A DNA stretch of 64,000 nt, from contig CBDAVA010000003.1 of NCBI GenBank assembly GCA_965200785.1, positions 2,470,205 through 2,534,204 of the forward strand. Reading direction: 5' to 3'. A program made the position numbers and the translations under genes. Each line of letters starts with the position of its first letter. Position 1 is the first letter of the stretch. Shown here piece by piece: positions 9,780-19,191 of the stretch. Source of the stretch: Alphaproteobacteria bacterium (lineage in GTDB: Bacteria; Pseudomonadota; Alphaproteobacteria; Bin95). The notes beneath the pieces were generated by a model that was not told where the DNA came from, searched no databases, and saw only the letters and a program-made list of their open reading frames with translations.

Positions 9780-9894
9780 TGCCGCATTCCCTCCCGAACC
9801 GACTATCGCACGGTTCGCGCATCTGGAGCGAGGCATAGGCCGGCGGGCGACTTGCGGCTAAGGTGCGGCATCGGCAGAGCGGGAGAGCGCGGCC

Positions 9895-11061
9895 TTGTTG
9901 CGACAGGAATTCGAAACGCTTGAGCAGAACGGGATCACGCAGGTGGCGCTGCCCCGGATCGGCGATCCCGATGTCATCCCGTTGTGGTTCGGAGAGGGAG
10001 ACCTCGTCACGCCGGCCTTCATCCGCGATGCGGCCAAGAAGGCGATCGATGACGGCCTCACCTTCTACAACCATCCGAGCGGGCGCGCGGACCTGCTTGC
10101 AGTACTCAAGGCGTATCTCGACCGCATCTACGATATCGACCTCGACCCCGACCGCGTGGTCGTGCCCGGCTCGACCATGCTCGGCATTTTCCTGGCGGCC
10201 CGGATGGCCGCCGGCGCCGGCGACCATGCGCTGATCGTCAGCCCCAACTGGCCGAATATCGACCGCGCGTTCCAGATGACGGGCGCGGAGTCCAGTTTCG
10301 TGCGCCAGCGGCTCGGCCCCGACGGCTGGGCGCTGCATCTTGAGGACGTGTTCGCGGCGGCCCGCCCGAACACCCGCGCCCTGTTCATCAACACGCCGTG
10401 CAACCCCACCGGATGGGTGATGCCGGCGACGGAGCAACGCCGCCTGCTGGACTTCTGCCGCGAGCGAAACATCGCGATTCTCGCCGACGAGGTGTATCAC
10501 CGCAATGTATTCGAGGGCGAGGCGGCGCCGTCATTCCTGCAGATTGCGAGGCCGGACGACCCTCTCATTGTCCTCAATGGCTTTTCCAAGGCCTTTGCGA
10601 TGACAGGCTGGCGGCTCGGCTGGATGGTGGTGCCGTCCGGCTACCGGGAGCAGATGGCCGCCTATTCGGAATGCGCCAATACCGGCGCGCCGCCCATTGT
10701 GCAAAGCGCCGGCATTGCGGCCCTTGAGCAGGGCGAGCCGCTGGTGCGGGAGTTGCGCGAGCGCTATCGGGCGGGCCGCGAAGCGGTGATGAAGATTCTC
10801 GCTCCTCATCCCCGCATCGAGCTGCATATGCCGGAAGGCGCGTTCTACGCCTTTCCGCGCGTGCTGGGGCTGCGGTCGAGCATGGAATTCTCGCAGGGCC
10901 TGCTGGCGGAGGAAGATGTCGGCACGGCGCCCGGATTTACCTTCGGCCCCGGAAACGAGGACCATTTCCGCCTCTGCTTCGCGCGGTCCGGGGACCAGCT
11001 CGATACGGCGCTCCACCGCATTACCCGCTATCTGGACCGCCACCATAACGCGCTCGGCTGA
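9895..11061 (+). CDS. PLP-dependent aminotransferase (class I/II)
   Basis: NPxNPTG and SKAFAMTGWRLGW (PLP lysine) motifs. Confidence 0.9.
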   Translation: MLRQEFETLEQNGITQVALPRIGDPDVIPLWFGEGDLVTPAFIRDAAKKAIDDGLTFYNHPSGRADLLAVLKAYLDRIYDIDLDPDRVVVPGSTMLGIFLAARMAAGAGDHALIVSPNWPNIDRAFQMTGAESSFVRQRLGPDGWALHLEDVFAAARPNTRALFINTPCNPTGWVMPATEQRRLLDFCRERNIAILADEVYHRNVFEGEAAPSFLQIARPDDPLIVLNGFSKAFAMTGWRLGWMVVPSGYREQMAAYSECANTGAPPIVQSAGIAALEQGEPLVRELRERYRAGREAVMKILAPHPRIELHMPEGAFYAFPRVLGLRSSMEFSQGLLAEEDVGTAPGFTFGPGNEDHFRLCFARSGDQLDTALHRITRYLDRHHNALG

Positions 11062-11120
11062 CCCCGGCGAATGACGGCGGCCTGCGGGCTTCAGGACATG
11101 CAAAGGGATATCGAGGACCA

Positions 11121-12329
11121 ATGACTCATTCGGGCGCGCCGCCGCTTCAGGGCCTCAAGGTGGTGGATTTCTCGCGGATCATCGCGGGTCCGCTCTGCAC
11201 GCAGATCCTCTCCGACATGGGGGCCGAGGTCGTCAAGATCGAGAACCCCGCAACGGGCGACGATACCCGCCGCATGGCCCAGCCGGGCGCGGCGGGGGAG
11301 AGCCACTTCTTTCTCGCCTTCAACCGGAACAAGAAGAGCCTGGCTCTCGATGTGCGAACTCCGGAAGGCAAGGCGGTCGTCATGGACCTGCTGGCGGACG
11401 CCGATATTGTCGTCGAGAACTTCCGCGTCGGGGTGATGAAACGCTTTGGCCTGGACTATGCCGCCCTCGCCGAGCGCTTCCCGAGGCTGATCTACCTGTC
11501 CGTCTCCGCCTATGGCCAGGACGGGCCGATGGCGGACCGCCCCGGCTTCGACCCCGTGCTCCAGGCCGAATTCGGCATGATGTCGATGACAGGCGAACCG
11601 GACGGCCAGCCGATGCGCCACCCGCTGTCGCTCATCGACACCATGACCGCACTCTACGGCGTCGCTTCCATCAATGCGGCCCTGCTGGCGCGCCGCGATA
11701 CGGGCCGCGGCCAGTATATCGAACTGGCGCTCGCCGATGTCGCCGTCGCCGCGCTCGGCAATGCCGGCCTCTATTACCTGTGCAGCGGCGGGCCGCCGCC
11801 GCGCACCGGCAACAGCCATATCACCTCGACGCCGACCAACCTGTTTCACGCCGCCGACGGCCCGATCTACATGGCGCTCGGCACGGACAGGCTGTTCGGC
11901 CAGCTCTGCCGCGACGTGCTGAACCGGCCGGACCTGCCGGCGGATCCGCGGTTCGCCTCGCCGGCGGCCCGCCTGAAGCACCGGCCCGAACTGTTCGCCA
12001 TCCTGAACGATATTTTCGGCAGGCATTCTCGCGGCTACTGGCTTGCCAGGATGCGCCACCTGCCGGCCGGATCGGTGCGGACGGTGGCGGAGGCCCTCGA
12101 ATCGGAAGAGGTCGCCGAGCGCGGCATGGTTTGCACCATCGACCACCCGGCGGCCGGGCCGATCCGCATCCTGGGGTCCCCGATCCGGTTCAGCGACACG
12201 CCGGTGCGCGCCGACATCGCGCCGCCGCCGCTGCACGGCCGCGACACGGAGGCGGTGCTGCGCGGCCTCGGATATGACGACGCCCGGATCGCGGCCCTCC
12301 GGGCAGGCGGGGCGCTCGGCCGGCACTGA
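11121..12329 (+). CDS. CaiB/BaiF family (class III) CoA-transferase
   Basis: GxKVVDFSRIIAGP N-terminus and ENF motif. Confidence 0.9.
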   Translation: MTHSGAPPLQGLKVVDFSRIIAGPLCTQILSDMGAEVVKIENPATGDDTRRMAQPGAAGESHFFLAFNRNKKSLALDVRTPEGKAVVMDLLADADIVVENFRVGVMKRFGLDYAALAERFPRLIYLSVSAYGQDGPMADRPGFDPVLQAEFGMMSMTGEPDGQPMRHPLSLIDTMTALYGVASINAALLARRDTGRGQYIELALADVAVAALGNAGLYYLCSGGPPPRTGNSHITSTPTNLFHAADGPIYMALGTDRLFGQLCRDVLNRPDLPADPRFASPAARLKHRPELFAILNDIFGRHSRGYWLARMRHLPAGSVRTVAEALESEEVAERGMVCTIDHPAAGPIRILGSPIRFSDTPVRADIAPPPLHGRDTEAVLRGLGYDDARIAALRAGGALGRH

Positions 12330-12353
12330 ACAGCAAGCAGCCCGCCGCTCATC

Positions 12354-13214
12354 TTGCCGCAACAACACAATCTCCGCGCCGTCGCCTGGATGATCGGCGC
12401 TGCGGCGGCGTTCAGCCTGCTCGTCGTCTGCGTGCGGGAGCTGTCCGCCACGCTGCCGACGCCGGAAATCCTGTTCTTCCGCTGCCTCTTCACCACGGCA
12501 TTGTTGCTGCCCTGGGCGGTGCGCGCTGGCTGGAGCGGGGCGGTCACGCGCCGCCCGGGGCTGAATCTGCTGCGCGCGGCCAGCACGTTCGCTGCGATGA
12601 TGATGTGGTTCCACGCGATCGGCATTGTGCCGCTGGCGGATGCGGTGGCGCTTCAGTCGGCCTATCCGCTGTTCACGATCCTGCTGGCCATGCTGCTCTT
12701 CGCCGAGCGCCCGGGCATCCGGCGCGGGCTGGCGACCCTGGCCGGTTTCGCCGGGGTGCTGGTCATCGTCCGGCCGGGATTCGCTGTTGTCGGCCTGCCG
12801 ACGGTCATGCTGCTCGGCGCCGCCTGGTTCTATGCGGTCAGCAATATCTGCGTGAAGGGCATGGCCGACACCGAGCCTGCGAATCGCATGGTCTTCACGC
12901 TCAACTTCCTGCTTCTGGTCTTCTCCGCAATCCCGACGGCTTTTGTCTGGACAACGCCGGACCTTGCGGCAGCCCCCTGGATCGGGCTGCTTGCGGTTTC
13001 GGGCTTCGCGGCGCATATGTGCCTGACGCGCGCACTCGCAACCGGCGAGGCCGCCGCCGTCATGCCGTTCGATTTCCTTCGCCTGCCCTTCGCGGCGCTG
13101 AACGGCTTTCTGCTGTATGGAGAGGCGCCCGATCTCTGGACCGTGCTGGGCGGCGCGGCGGTCTTCGCCAGCGCCAGCTATATCGCCGTTCGGGAAGCGC
13201 GGCTGAAACGCTGA
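12354..13214 (+). CDS. DMT-superfamily (EamA) transporter
   Basis: 10 predicted TM helices, duplicated EamA domains. Confidence 0.8.
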   Translation: MPQQHNLRAVAWMIGAAAAFSLLVVCVRELSATLPTPEILFFRCLFTTALLLPWAVRAGWSGAVTRRPGLNLLRAASTFAAMMMWFHAIGIVPLADAVALQSAYPLFTILLAMLLFAERPGIRRGLATLAGFAGVLVIVRPGFAVVGLPTVMLLGAAWFYAVSNICVKGMADTEPANRMVFTLNFLLLVFSAIPTAFVWTTPDLAAAPWIGLLAVSGFAAHMCLTRALATGEAAAVMPFDFLRLPFAALNGFLLYGEAPDLWTVLGGAAVFASASYIAVREARLKR

Positions 13215-13233
13215 GCGCCAAGGCCGCACGGGC

Positions 13234-14097
13234 TCAGGCGGCCTCGACGCGCTCCCGACCGGCGATGGTCGTGCGGTGCATGATGCGCCGTTTCGCGGGA
13301 TCATAGGGCGTGACGCGGTGGACGGTGCAGCGGTTGTCCCACAGCAGCACGTCATGGGAACGCCAGCGATGGCGGTAGATGAAGCGTTCGTCGTCGATGA
13401 ACGCCTCGAGCATGTCGATCAGCTCCGCAGCGCGGTCGGCCGCCATGCCCTCCACAGCGTCATTGTAGATCGGGCTGATATAAAGCGAGGCTTCCCCTGT
13501 CTCCGGATGGCGGCGCACCATGGGCTGCCAGACAGGCGGCATATTTGCCCGCTCCTCGTCGGTCAACGGCTTTAGCGGCTTCAACCGATGGAGATTCTCG
13601 AAGTCATGGCGCGCCCGGCGGCCCTCGACCTGCCGGCGCACATCGTCCGGCAGCGCACGCAGCACGGCGGCCATGTTCGCGAACATGGTCACGCCGCCCT
13701 CGGCTGTCACCTCGACGCCGTGCAGCAGCGAGCCGACGGACGGCCGTTCGCGGTAGCTGCTGTCGGTATGCCAGCGGCGGGCGAGAGATATCTGGTGCTG
13801 CACGGGATCGTCCGGCGCCATCAGGCGGCCGTCCTCATCCACGTTGGAGACCCGGAAGATCTCCGGCAAATGTTTCGAGCGGATGATGTTCTGGTGGAAC
13901 ACCTCGAGCTCCCCGAAGCGGCGCCCGAATGCGAGCAGCGCCTTGTCCTCGACAGGCTGGTCGGGGAACACGAGCACCTTGTGGCGCAGCCAGGCCGCGT
14001 GGATCTGCTCGAACAGGCCGGCCGGCAGCGGTTCACGCATGTCGAAACCGCGAATTTCCGCCCCGATCTCCGGGGCCAGCGGGCGGATTTCAAGCAT
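13234..14097 (-). CDS. TauD/TfdA-family Fe(II)/2-oxoglutarate-dependent dioxygenase
   Basis: MLEIRPLAPEIGAEIRGFD..., HTDSSY and WDNRCTVH motifs. Confidence 0.85.
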   Translation of the reverse strand: MLEIRPLAPEIGAEIRGFDMREPLPAGLFEQIHAAWLRHKVLVFPDQPVEDKALLAFGRRFGELEVFHQNIIRSKHLPEIFRVSNVDEDGRLMAPDDPVQHQISLARRWHTDSSYRERPSVGSLLHGVEVTAEGGVTMFANMAAVLRALPDDVRRQVEGRRARHDFENLHRLKPLKPLTDEERANMPPVWQPMVRRHPETGEASLYISPIYNDAVEGMAADRAAELIDMLEAFIDDERFIYRHRWRSHDVLLWDNRCTVHRVTPYDPAKRRIMHRTTIAGRERVEAA

Positions 14098-15034
14098 CGG
14101 TGAACTCGAAGCCCATGGCGCGGGCATGATAGAAGATGCCGCCGTCCTGCACGATCAGGAACATGGCGCGTTCCGGCCCCTGATTGTGATGCGAATGCGA
14201 CGACACGGGCGGCGTGATCGTGGTCGCCCAGGGCGCCCAGTCCTTGCGCCGCCCGTCCACCCGCGAATAGCAGCCCTCGCCCTGCACAATAAGGCTGACA
14301 GCCACCGAGTTATGCCGGTGCGGACGCTGGCTCTGGCCGGGTTCCAGGGCGTTCATGGCGCAGGTCAATGTCGGCAGCGCGTTGCGCGTCGCCTCCTGCC
14401 GCTCGGCGGAAAAGATCAGCGCGGACCCTGCAATTGCCTCGGTCCGCCCGGTGCGCATCAGCAGTTCGACCTGTTCCGCGATTTCGGAGGCCGGGTAATG
14501 GACCGGATCGGTCGGCGCCATGCCCGGAGCCGGCGCGCGGAGGCAATCATGGGCCAATTGCGGCTCATTGGTCACCAGCCACAACACGGCGTCCTCGTCC
14601 GCCGCCGCCCAGTCATGCGACTCGCCTCCGGGCAGCAGCAGCAGGTCGCCCGGCTTCCAGTGCAGCACCTCTCCCGTGCTTGCCACGCTGCCCCGGCCCT
14701 GGATGACATAGGCAATCACGCCGTTCGCATTGAAGTCTGCAGTCAGTACCTCGCCGGCGCGGATGCGGGCATAGCGGGCAAGCACGAGCGGCGTCGTGGC
14801 CGGAAACGCGCAGGCAAGAGCCGCCGAGATGTCGCAGGCGATGAAGCCGGTCGGCGAGGACGGGTCGAGCGCGCGGGCGGGCTCCTCGGCAAATACCGCA
14901 TCCGGCACCGGCGGCAACTTCATGTCGAACGCATTGGCGGTGTTGAAATACCGGGCGCGGGCTTCCGCCGGGCTCGCCGGCGCCGCCGGCAGACGGCGGC
15001 CAAGCTCGGCGATGGAACGCGCGCTGTCGGGCAT
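14090..15034 (-). CDS. bicupin protein (gentisate 1,2-dioxygenase-like fold)
   Basis: Trimmed to MPDSARS with GGAGG RBS. Two cupin modules. The ORF N-terminus upstream of this has atypical composition. Confidence 0.6.
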   Translation of the reverse strand: MPDSARSIAELGRRLPAAPASPAEARARYFNTANAFDMKLPPVPDAVFAEEPARALDPSSPTGFIACDISAALACAFPATTPLVLARYARIRAGEVLTADFNANGVIAYVIQGRGSVASTGEVLHWKPGDLLLLPGGESHDWAAADEDAVLWLVTNEPQLAHDCLRAPAPGMAPTDPVHYPASEIAEQVELLMRTGRTEAIAGSALIFSAERQEATRNALPTLTCAMNALEPGQSQRPHRHNSVAVSLIVQGEGCYSRVDGRRKDWAPWATTITPPVSSHSHHNQGPERAMFLIVQDGGIFYHARAMGFEFTDA

Positions 15035-15047
15035 TTGCGGGGCCTCC

Positions 15048-16214
15048 TTAGCCGTGTGCGCGCAGCATCCGGCGCGCAATGACCATGCGGTGGACTTCGC
15101 TCGGGCCTTCATATACCCGCATCAACCGCACTTTCTGGGCCATCAACTGGAGCGGCAGCTCCCGGGTGACGCCCATCGCGCCGAACGCCTGCTGGGCGCG
15201 GTCCACAATCTCGGCCGCCATTTCGGTGGCATATACCTTGATCATGGACGCCTCGGTGCGGACATCCTCGCCGCGGTCCTGCTTTACGGCTGCGTCCATG
15301 ACCATCAGCGAGCAGGCATGGACCTTGGTGGCGCCGTCGGCGATCCACCACTGGATCGCCTGCCTGTCGGCCAGCCGCTCGCCGAAGGTCACACGCTGGC
15401 TTGCATGTTCGCAGAGCATCTTGAGCGCGCGCCGCGCCATGCCCACGCACCATGCGCCGATCTGCAGCCGGCGCACGGTCAGCCGTAACTGCATCGGGCC
15501 GAAACCGTCGCCGACCCGGCCCAGAATCTGGCGCTCATGCACGCGGCAATTGTCGAACACGACCTCATAGGTGCGCGCGCCGCCCAGCATCGGGATTTCG
15601 CGTTCGATGATGAAGCCCGGCGTGTCCTTCTCGATGATGAAGGCCGTGATGCCGCCGCGGGCGCGCTTCTCCGGGTCGGTCAGCGCCATGACGATGGTGA
15701 AATCGGCATGGGGCACCCGGCTAATCCAGATCTTGCGCCCGTCGATAACCCAATGCTCGCCGTCCCTGACGGCGCGGGTGGTCATGCCGGCCGGGTCGCC
15801 GCCCGCGCCGGGCTCGGATATCGCAATGGCGGAATGCGCCTCGCCGCTGGCGTAAGGCTCCATATAAAGGCGCTTCTGGCGGTCGTCGGCGACCGCGAGC
15901 AGCATATGCAGATTGGGCGAATCGGGCGGGAACACGAAGGGCGTAATCGTGCGCCCGAGCTCCTCATTGACACCGACCAGCGCCACAGCCGGCAGGTTCA
16001 TGCCGCCGACCTCCTCCGGCGCGTCGAGCGCCCAAAGTCCGAGCTCCCTGCACTTGGCCAGCAGCGGCGCGAGCTCGTCTTCGGTCAGGCGGATCTCTCC
16101 GCCTGCCGCCTCGCGCGCCATGACGCCCTTCTCCAGCGGCATCAGCTCGTTGTCCACGAACTTCGCCACCAGGTCGCGCAGCATTGCATGTTCTTCGATC
16201 AGATCGAACGGCAT
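15048..16214 (-). CDS. acyl-CoA dehydrogenase family protein
   Basis: MPFDLIEEH..., ACAD N/M/C domains, catalytic region YEGxSE(V/I). Confidence 0.9.
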   Translation of the reverse strand: MPFDLIEEHAMLRDLVAKFVDNELMPLEKGVMAREAAGGEIRLTEDELAPLLAKCRELGLWALDAPEEVGGMNLPAVALVGVNEELGRTITPFVFPPDSPNLHMLLAVADDRQKRLYMEPYASGEAHSAIAISEPGAGGDPAGMTTRAVRDGEHWVIDGRKIWISRVPHADFTIVMALTDPEKRARGGITAFIIEKDTPGFIIEREIPMLGGARTYEVVFDNCRVHERQILGRVGDGFGPMQLRLTVRRLQIGAWCVGMARRALKMLCEHASQRVTFGERLADRQAIQWWIADGATKVHACSLMVMDAAVKQDRGEDVRTEASMIKVYATEMAAEIVDRAQQAFGAMGVTRELPLQLMAQKVRLMRVYEGPSEVHRMVIARRMLRAHG

Positions 16215-16400
16215 CGCCCCAGCCTCCCCGCTGCCCCGCAGCCTAGCGGCTTCCGACCGGGCCGCAAACCGGGAGACAGCCCAGGACGCCGGCGGCGCGT
16301 CTGCGGACGCATCTCCTGTCGCCGACCGCCCGATTTGCGTATGGTCCGCATAGTCGGAGCCGTCACGCTCCGTCCGCGTTCGCAAAGGTTCGCCCGGCCG

Positions 16401-17432
16401 ATGTCAAGCAGAGCGGTTGGACCGGCAAGCAATCCCCGCCTGGGGATCGCGTTTATCTGCCTCGGCATGTTTGTCATCACGATCAACGACACGATCGTGA
16501 AGCACTATTCGGACCGCTACCCCCTGCATGAGATCGTCTTCCTGCGTGCGACCGTCGCCATGTTTTTCAGCCTTGTCATGCTGCAATTCGAGGGCGGGTT
16601 CCGCGCCTTGCACACCCGGCGCCTCGGGGCGCAACTGGCGCGCGGGCTGTGCATGGTGATCGCGAATATGGCGTTTTTCGGGGCGCTGGCGGCGCTTCCG
16701 CTTGCCGACGTGACGGCGATATTCTTCGTGGCGCCGCTGTTCATCACCCTGCTGTCGATTCCCTTTCTGGGCGAAAAGGTGGGCGTGCGCCGGTTCTCCG
16801 CCGTTATCGTCGGGTTCATCGGCGTGCTGATCATGCTGCGGCCGGGGACGGAGGAGATGGAGGACGCCCCCGACCGGATGGCCCTGCTGCTCCCGATCCT
16901 GGCGGCATTCGCCTATGCATGCATGCAGATCCTGACACGGCGGCTGAGGGCCAGCGCGCCGGCCTCGGCCATGGCGGTCTATATCCAGGGTGTGTTCATC
17001 ATCGTCAGCCTGGGCTTCTTCATCGTCGCCGGCGATGGCCGCTATGCGGCGGACGCCGAGAGCAAGACGATGCTTTTCTTGCTGCGCGCATGGACATGGC
17101 CTGCGCCGGAGGACTGGCTGCCGCTTGTGCTTCTGGGCGGCCTGTCGGCGGTCATCGCCTATTCACTGACGCAGGCCTACCGGCTGAGCGACGCCGCCAC
17201 GATTGCGCCGTTTGAATATATCGCGCTGCCGATGGCGATCGCGCTTGGATGGCTGGTCTTCGACCATCTGCCCGATATCTGGGTGCTGCTCGGCTGCGCA
17301 CTCATCGCCGGCTCCGGCATCTATGTGTTCCGGCGCGAAAAGCGGCTGGCGGAGGCGGGCGCCCGACCCGCCGGACCAGGCGCTACGGCAGCGTCACCAG
17401 CCCGCCGGAAGTCACGCAGGTCTGGCCGGTGA
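16401..17432 (+). CDS. DMT-superfamily (EamA) transporter
   Basis: Only the C-terminal 343 codons of ORF 15537..17432 have membrane-protein composition. The upstream part is antisense to the ACAD gene. Confidence 0.75.
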   Translation: MSSRAVGPASNPRLGIAFICLGMFVITINDTIVKHYSDRYPLHEIVFLRATVAMFFSLVMLQFEGGFRALHTRRLGAQLARGLCMVIANMAFFGALAALPLADVTAIFFVAPLFITLLSIPFLGEKVGVRRFSAVIVGFIGVLIMLRPGTEEMEDAPDRMALLLPILAAFAYACMQILTRRLRASAPASAMAVYIQGVFIIVSLGFFIVAGDGRYAADAESKTMLFLLRAWTWPAPEDWLPLVLLGGLSAVIAYSLTQAYRLSDAATIAPFEYIALPMAIALGWLVFDHLPDIWVLLGCALIAGSGIYVFRREKRLAEAGARPAGPGATAASPARRKSRRSGR

Positions 17433-18150
17433 TGAAGCTTGCGGCGTCGCTGAGAAGAAAGCAGGTCAGCTCGGCGACATCTTCCGGCGTTCCGGTGCGC
17501 CCGGCAGGCGTTTCGCCAACGATGCGCGCGCGCATCTCGGCGCTCATGTCTTTCGTCATGTCGGTGTCGATCAGCCCCGGCGCCACGCAGTTCACCCGAA
17601 TATCCGGCCCGAAGGCGGTGGCGCAATTCCGCACGAAACCGATCACCGCCGCCTTCGACGTGCCATAGGCGATCAGCCGGTCGCGCCGTATGCGGCTCGG
17701 CGCAATGCCGTTGACCGAGGAGATGCAGACGATGCGCCCGTCCTTGCGCGCCCGCATGGCGTCTCGGGCGCGCCAGACGCAATGGAAGGTGCCGTCGAGA
17801 TTGACCGACAGGATCCGCCGCCACAAATCCAGCGGCATGTCCCGGTCGTCCTGGAACGATGCGGCGCCGGCATTCGTCACCAGCAGGCTCACCGGGCCGC
17901 GCTCGGCCTCCACGGCGTCGAACATGGCCGAGACCGCGTCCCAGGATGCGACATCGGCCTGGAAGACGCCGCCGGCGCCGCCCTCGGCTTCCACCAAAGC
18001 GAGCGTTTCGGCCGCCGCCGCTGCGCTGTCGGCGTAATTGATCGCGACCCAGGCGCCGGCGCGCGCGAGTTGCACGCAGATCGCCCGGCCTATGCCGCGC
18101 GACCCGCCGGTCACCAGCGCCGTCCGCCCGGCGAACTCCTTGCTGTTCAT
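17383..18150 (-). CDS. SDR-family oxidoreductase
   Basis: TGGSRGIG cofactor motif and YGTSK catalytic motif. Confidence 0.9.
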   Translation of the reverse strand: MNSKEFAGRTALVTGGSRGIGRAICVQLARAGAWVAINYADSAAAAAETLALVEAEGGAGGVFQADVASWDAVSAMFDAVEAERGPVSLLVTNAGAASFQDDRDMPLDLWRRILSVNLDGTFHCVWRARDAMRARKDGRIVCISSVNGIAPSRIRRDRLIAYGTSKAAVIGFVRNCATAFGPDIRVNCVAPGLIDTDMTKDMSAEMRARIVGETPAGRTGTPEDVAELTCFLLSDAASFITGQTCVTSGGLVTLP

Positions 18151-18165
18151 CGGCTCTGCCTCCCT

Positions 18166-19119
18166 CTATCGGGCGCCGCCGCGCCGGGCTTCGAGCGCGG
18201 CGGTCAGCAGGCACAGCATCTCGAACAGGATATTGGCCGCAGCCAGCGCCGTGAGGCCGTTCGCATCGAATGGCGGCGCGACCTCCACCAGGTCGCCGGC
18301 GACGAAATCGATTCCGACCAGCCCGCGCAGCAGCACAATCGCCTCGGCGGTGCTGAAGCCGCCGATCTCCGGCGTGCCGGTGCCGGGCGCAAAGGCCGGA
18401 TCGAGGCTGTCGATATCGAACGAAAGATAGGCCGGACCGCCGCCCGCGACCTCATGCGCGATCTGCGCCGCAGCCTTCGGGCCGATCTCATAGACCTCTT
18501 CCATCGCCACGACGCGCATCCCCGTGTCGTAGCTGAACTTCCACATGTCGGGTTCGAAGAGCGTGCCCCGAATACCGATCTGCACCACGCGCTTCGGGTC
18601 CAGCAGCCCTTCTTCCACGGCGCGGCGGAAGGGCGCGCCGTGATGGAAGCGCGACCCCATATAGTCGTCGCCAGTGTCGCAATGGGCGTCGATATGAACC
18701 ATGCCGACCGGCGGCCCGCCGGAAAACAGGGCGCGCAGAATGGGCAGGCTGATTGAATGGTCGCCGCCCACGCTCAGCGGCACGACATTCAGCGGACGCA
18801 ATGCCGCGAAGCCGCGCTCGATCTCGGCATGGGCGTCCTCCAGCCGATAGGGGCGCTCCGCCCAGATATCGCCGCCGTCCACGACGCGGGCGGTCTCGAA
18901 GGGCGCTGCTCCGGTGGCCTGGTTCACCTTGCGGATCATGCTCGACATGTCCCGAACCGCGCGGGGGCCGTGGCGCGCGCCCGGGCGGTTGGTCACGCCG
19001 CCGTCATAGGGCACGCCGAGCAGCGCAATGTCCGCCCCGCTGCAATCCTCTGCATAGGGCAGGCGCATGAACGTCGGCAGGCCGACATAGCGCGGCCGCG
19101 TCTGGGGATCTCTGGACAA
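18166..19119 (-). CDS. agmatinase/arginase (ureohydrolase) family hydrolase
   Basis: GGDHSIS, DAHxDT and SFDIDxLDP Mn-binding motifs. No in-frame ATG upstream of FMRLPY, so start assigned to in-frame TTG at 19117-19119. Confidence 0.75.
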   Translation of the reverse strand: MSRDPQTRPRYVGLPTFMRLPYAEDCSGADIALLGVPYDGGVTNRPGARHGPRAVRDMSSMIRKVNQATGAAPFETARVVDGGDIWAERPYRLEDAHAEIERGFAALRPLNVVPLSVGGDHSISLPILRALFSGGPPVGMVHIDAHCDTGDDYMGSRFHHGAPFRRAVEEGLLDPKRVVQIGIRGTLFEPDMWKFSYDTGMRVVAMEEVYEIGPKAAAQIAHEVAGGGPAYLSFDIDSLDPAFAPGTGTPEIGGFSTAEAIVLLRGLVGIDFVAGDLVEVAPPFDANGLTALAAANILFEMLCLLTAALEARRGGAR

Positions 19120-19191
19120 GGGCCAAATCTCCGTTATCGGGGCGGAAGCGGATATATGTAGCGGATTCGGGGAAGAAGAGGAGCAGACAGC

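Noticed and set aside
11091-13355. 754-aa minus-strand ORF (and similar giants 36735..39485 +, 57974..60883 -, 6492..7880 +, 17203..18756 +, 22891..24372 +)
   Set aside because: Arg/Gly/His/Pro-rich composition with no motifs. Each lies antisense to well-supported genes with recognisable domains. Typical stop-codon-poor antisense frames of a 68% GC genome.
15537-16400. N-terminal 288 codons of ORF 15537..17432
   Set aside because: Antisense to the acyl-CoA dehydrogenase gene. Only the part from ATG 16401 has membrane-protein character.
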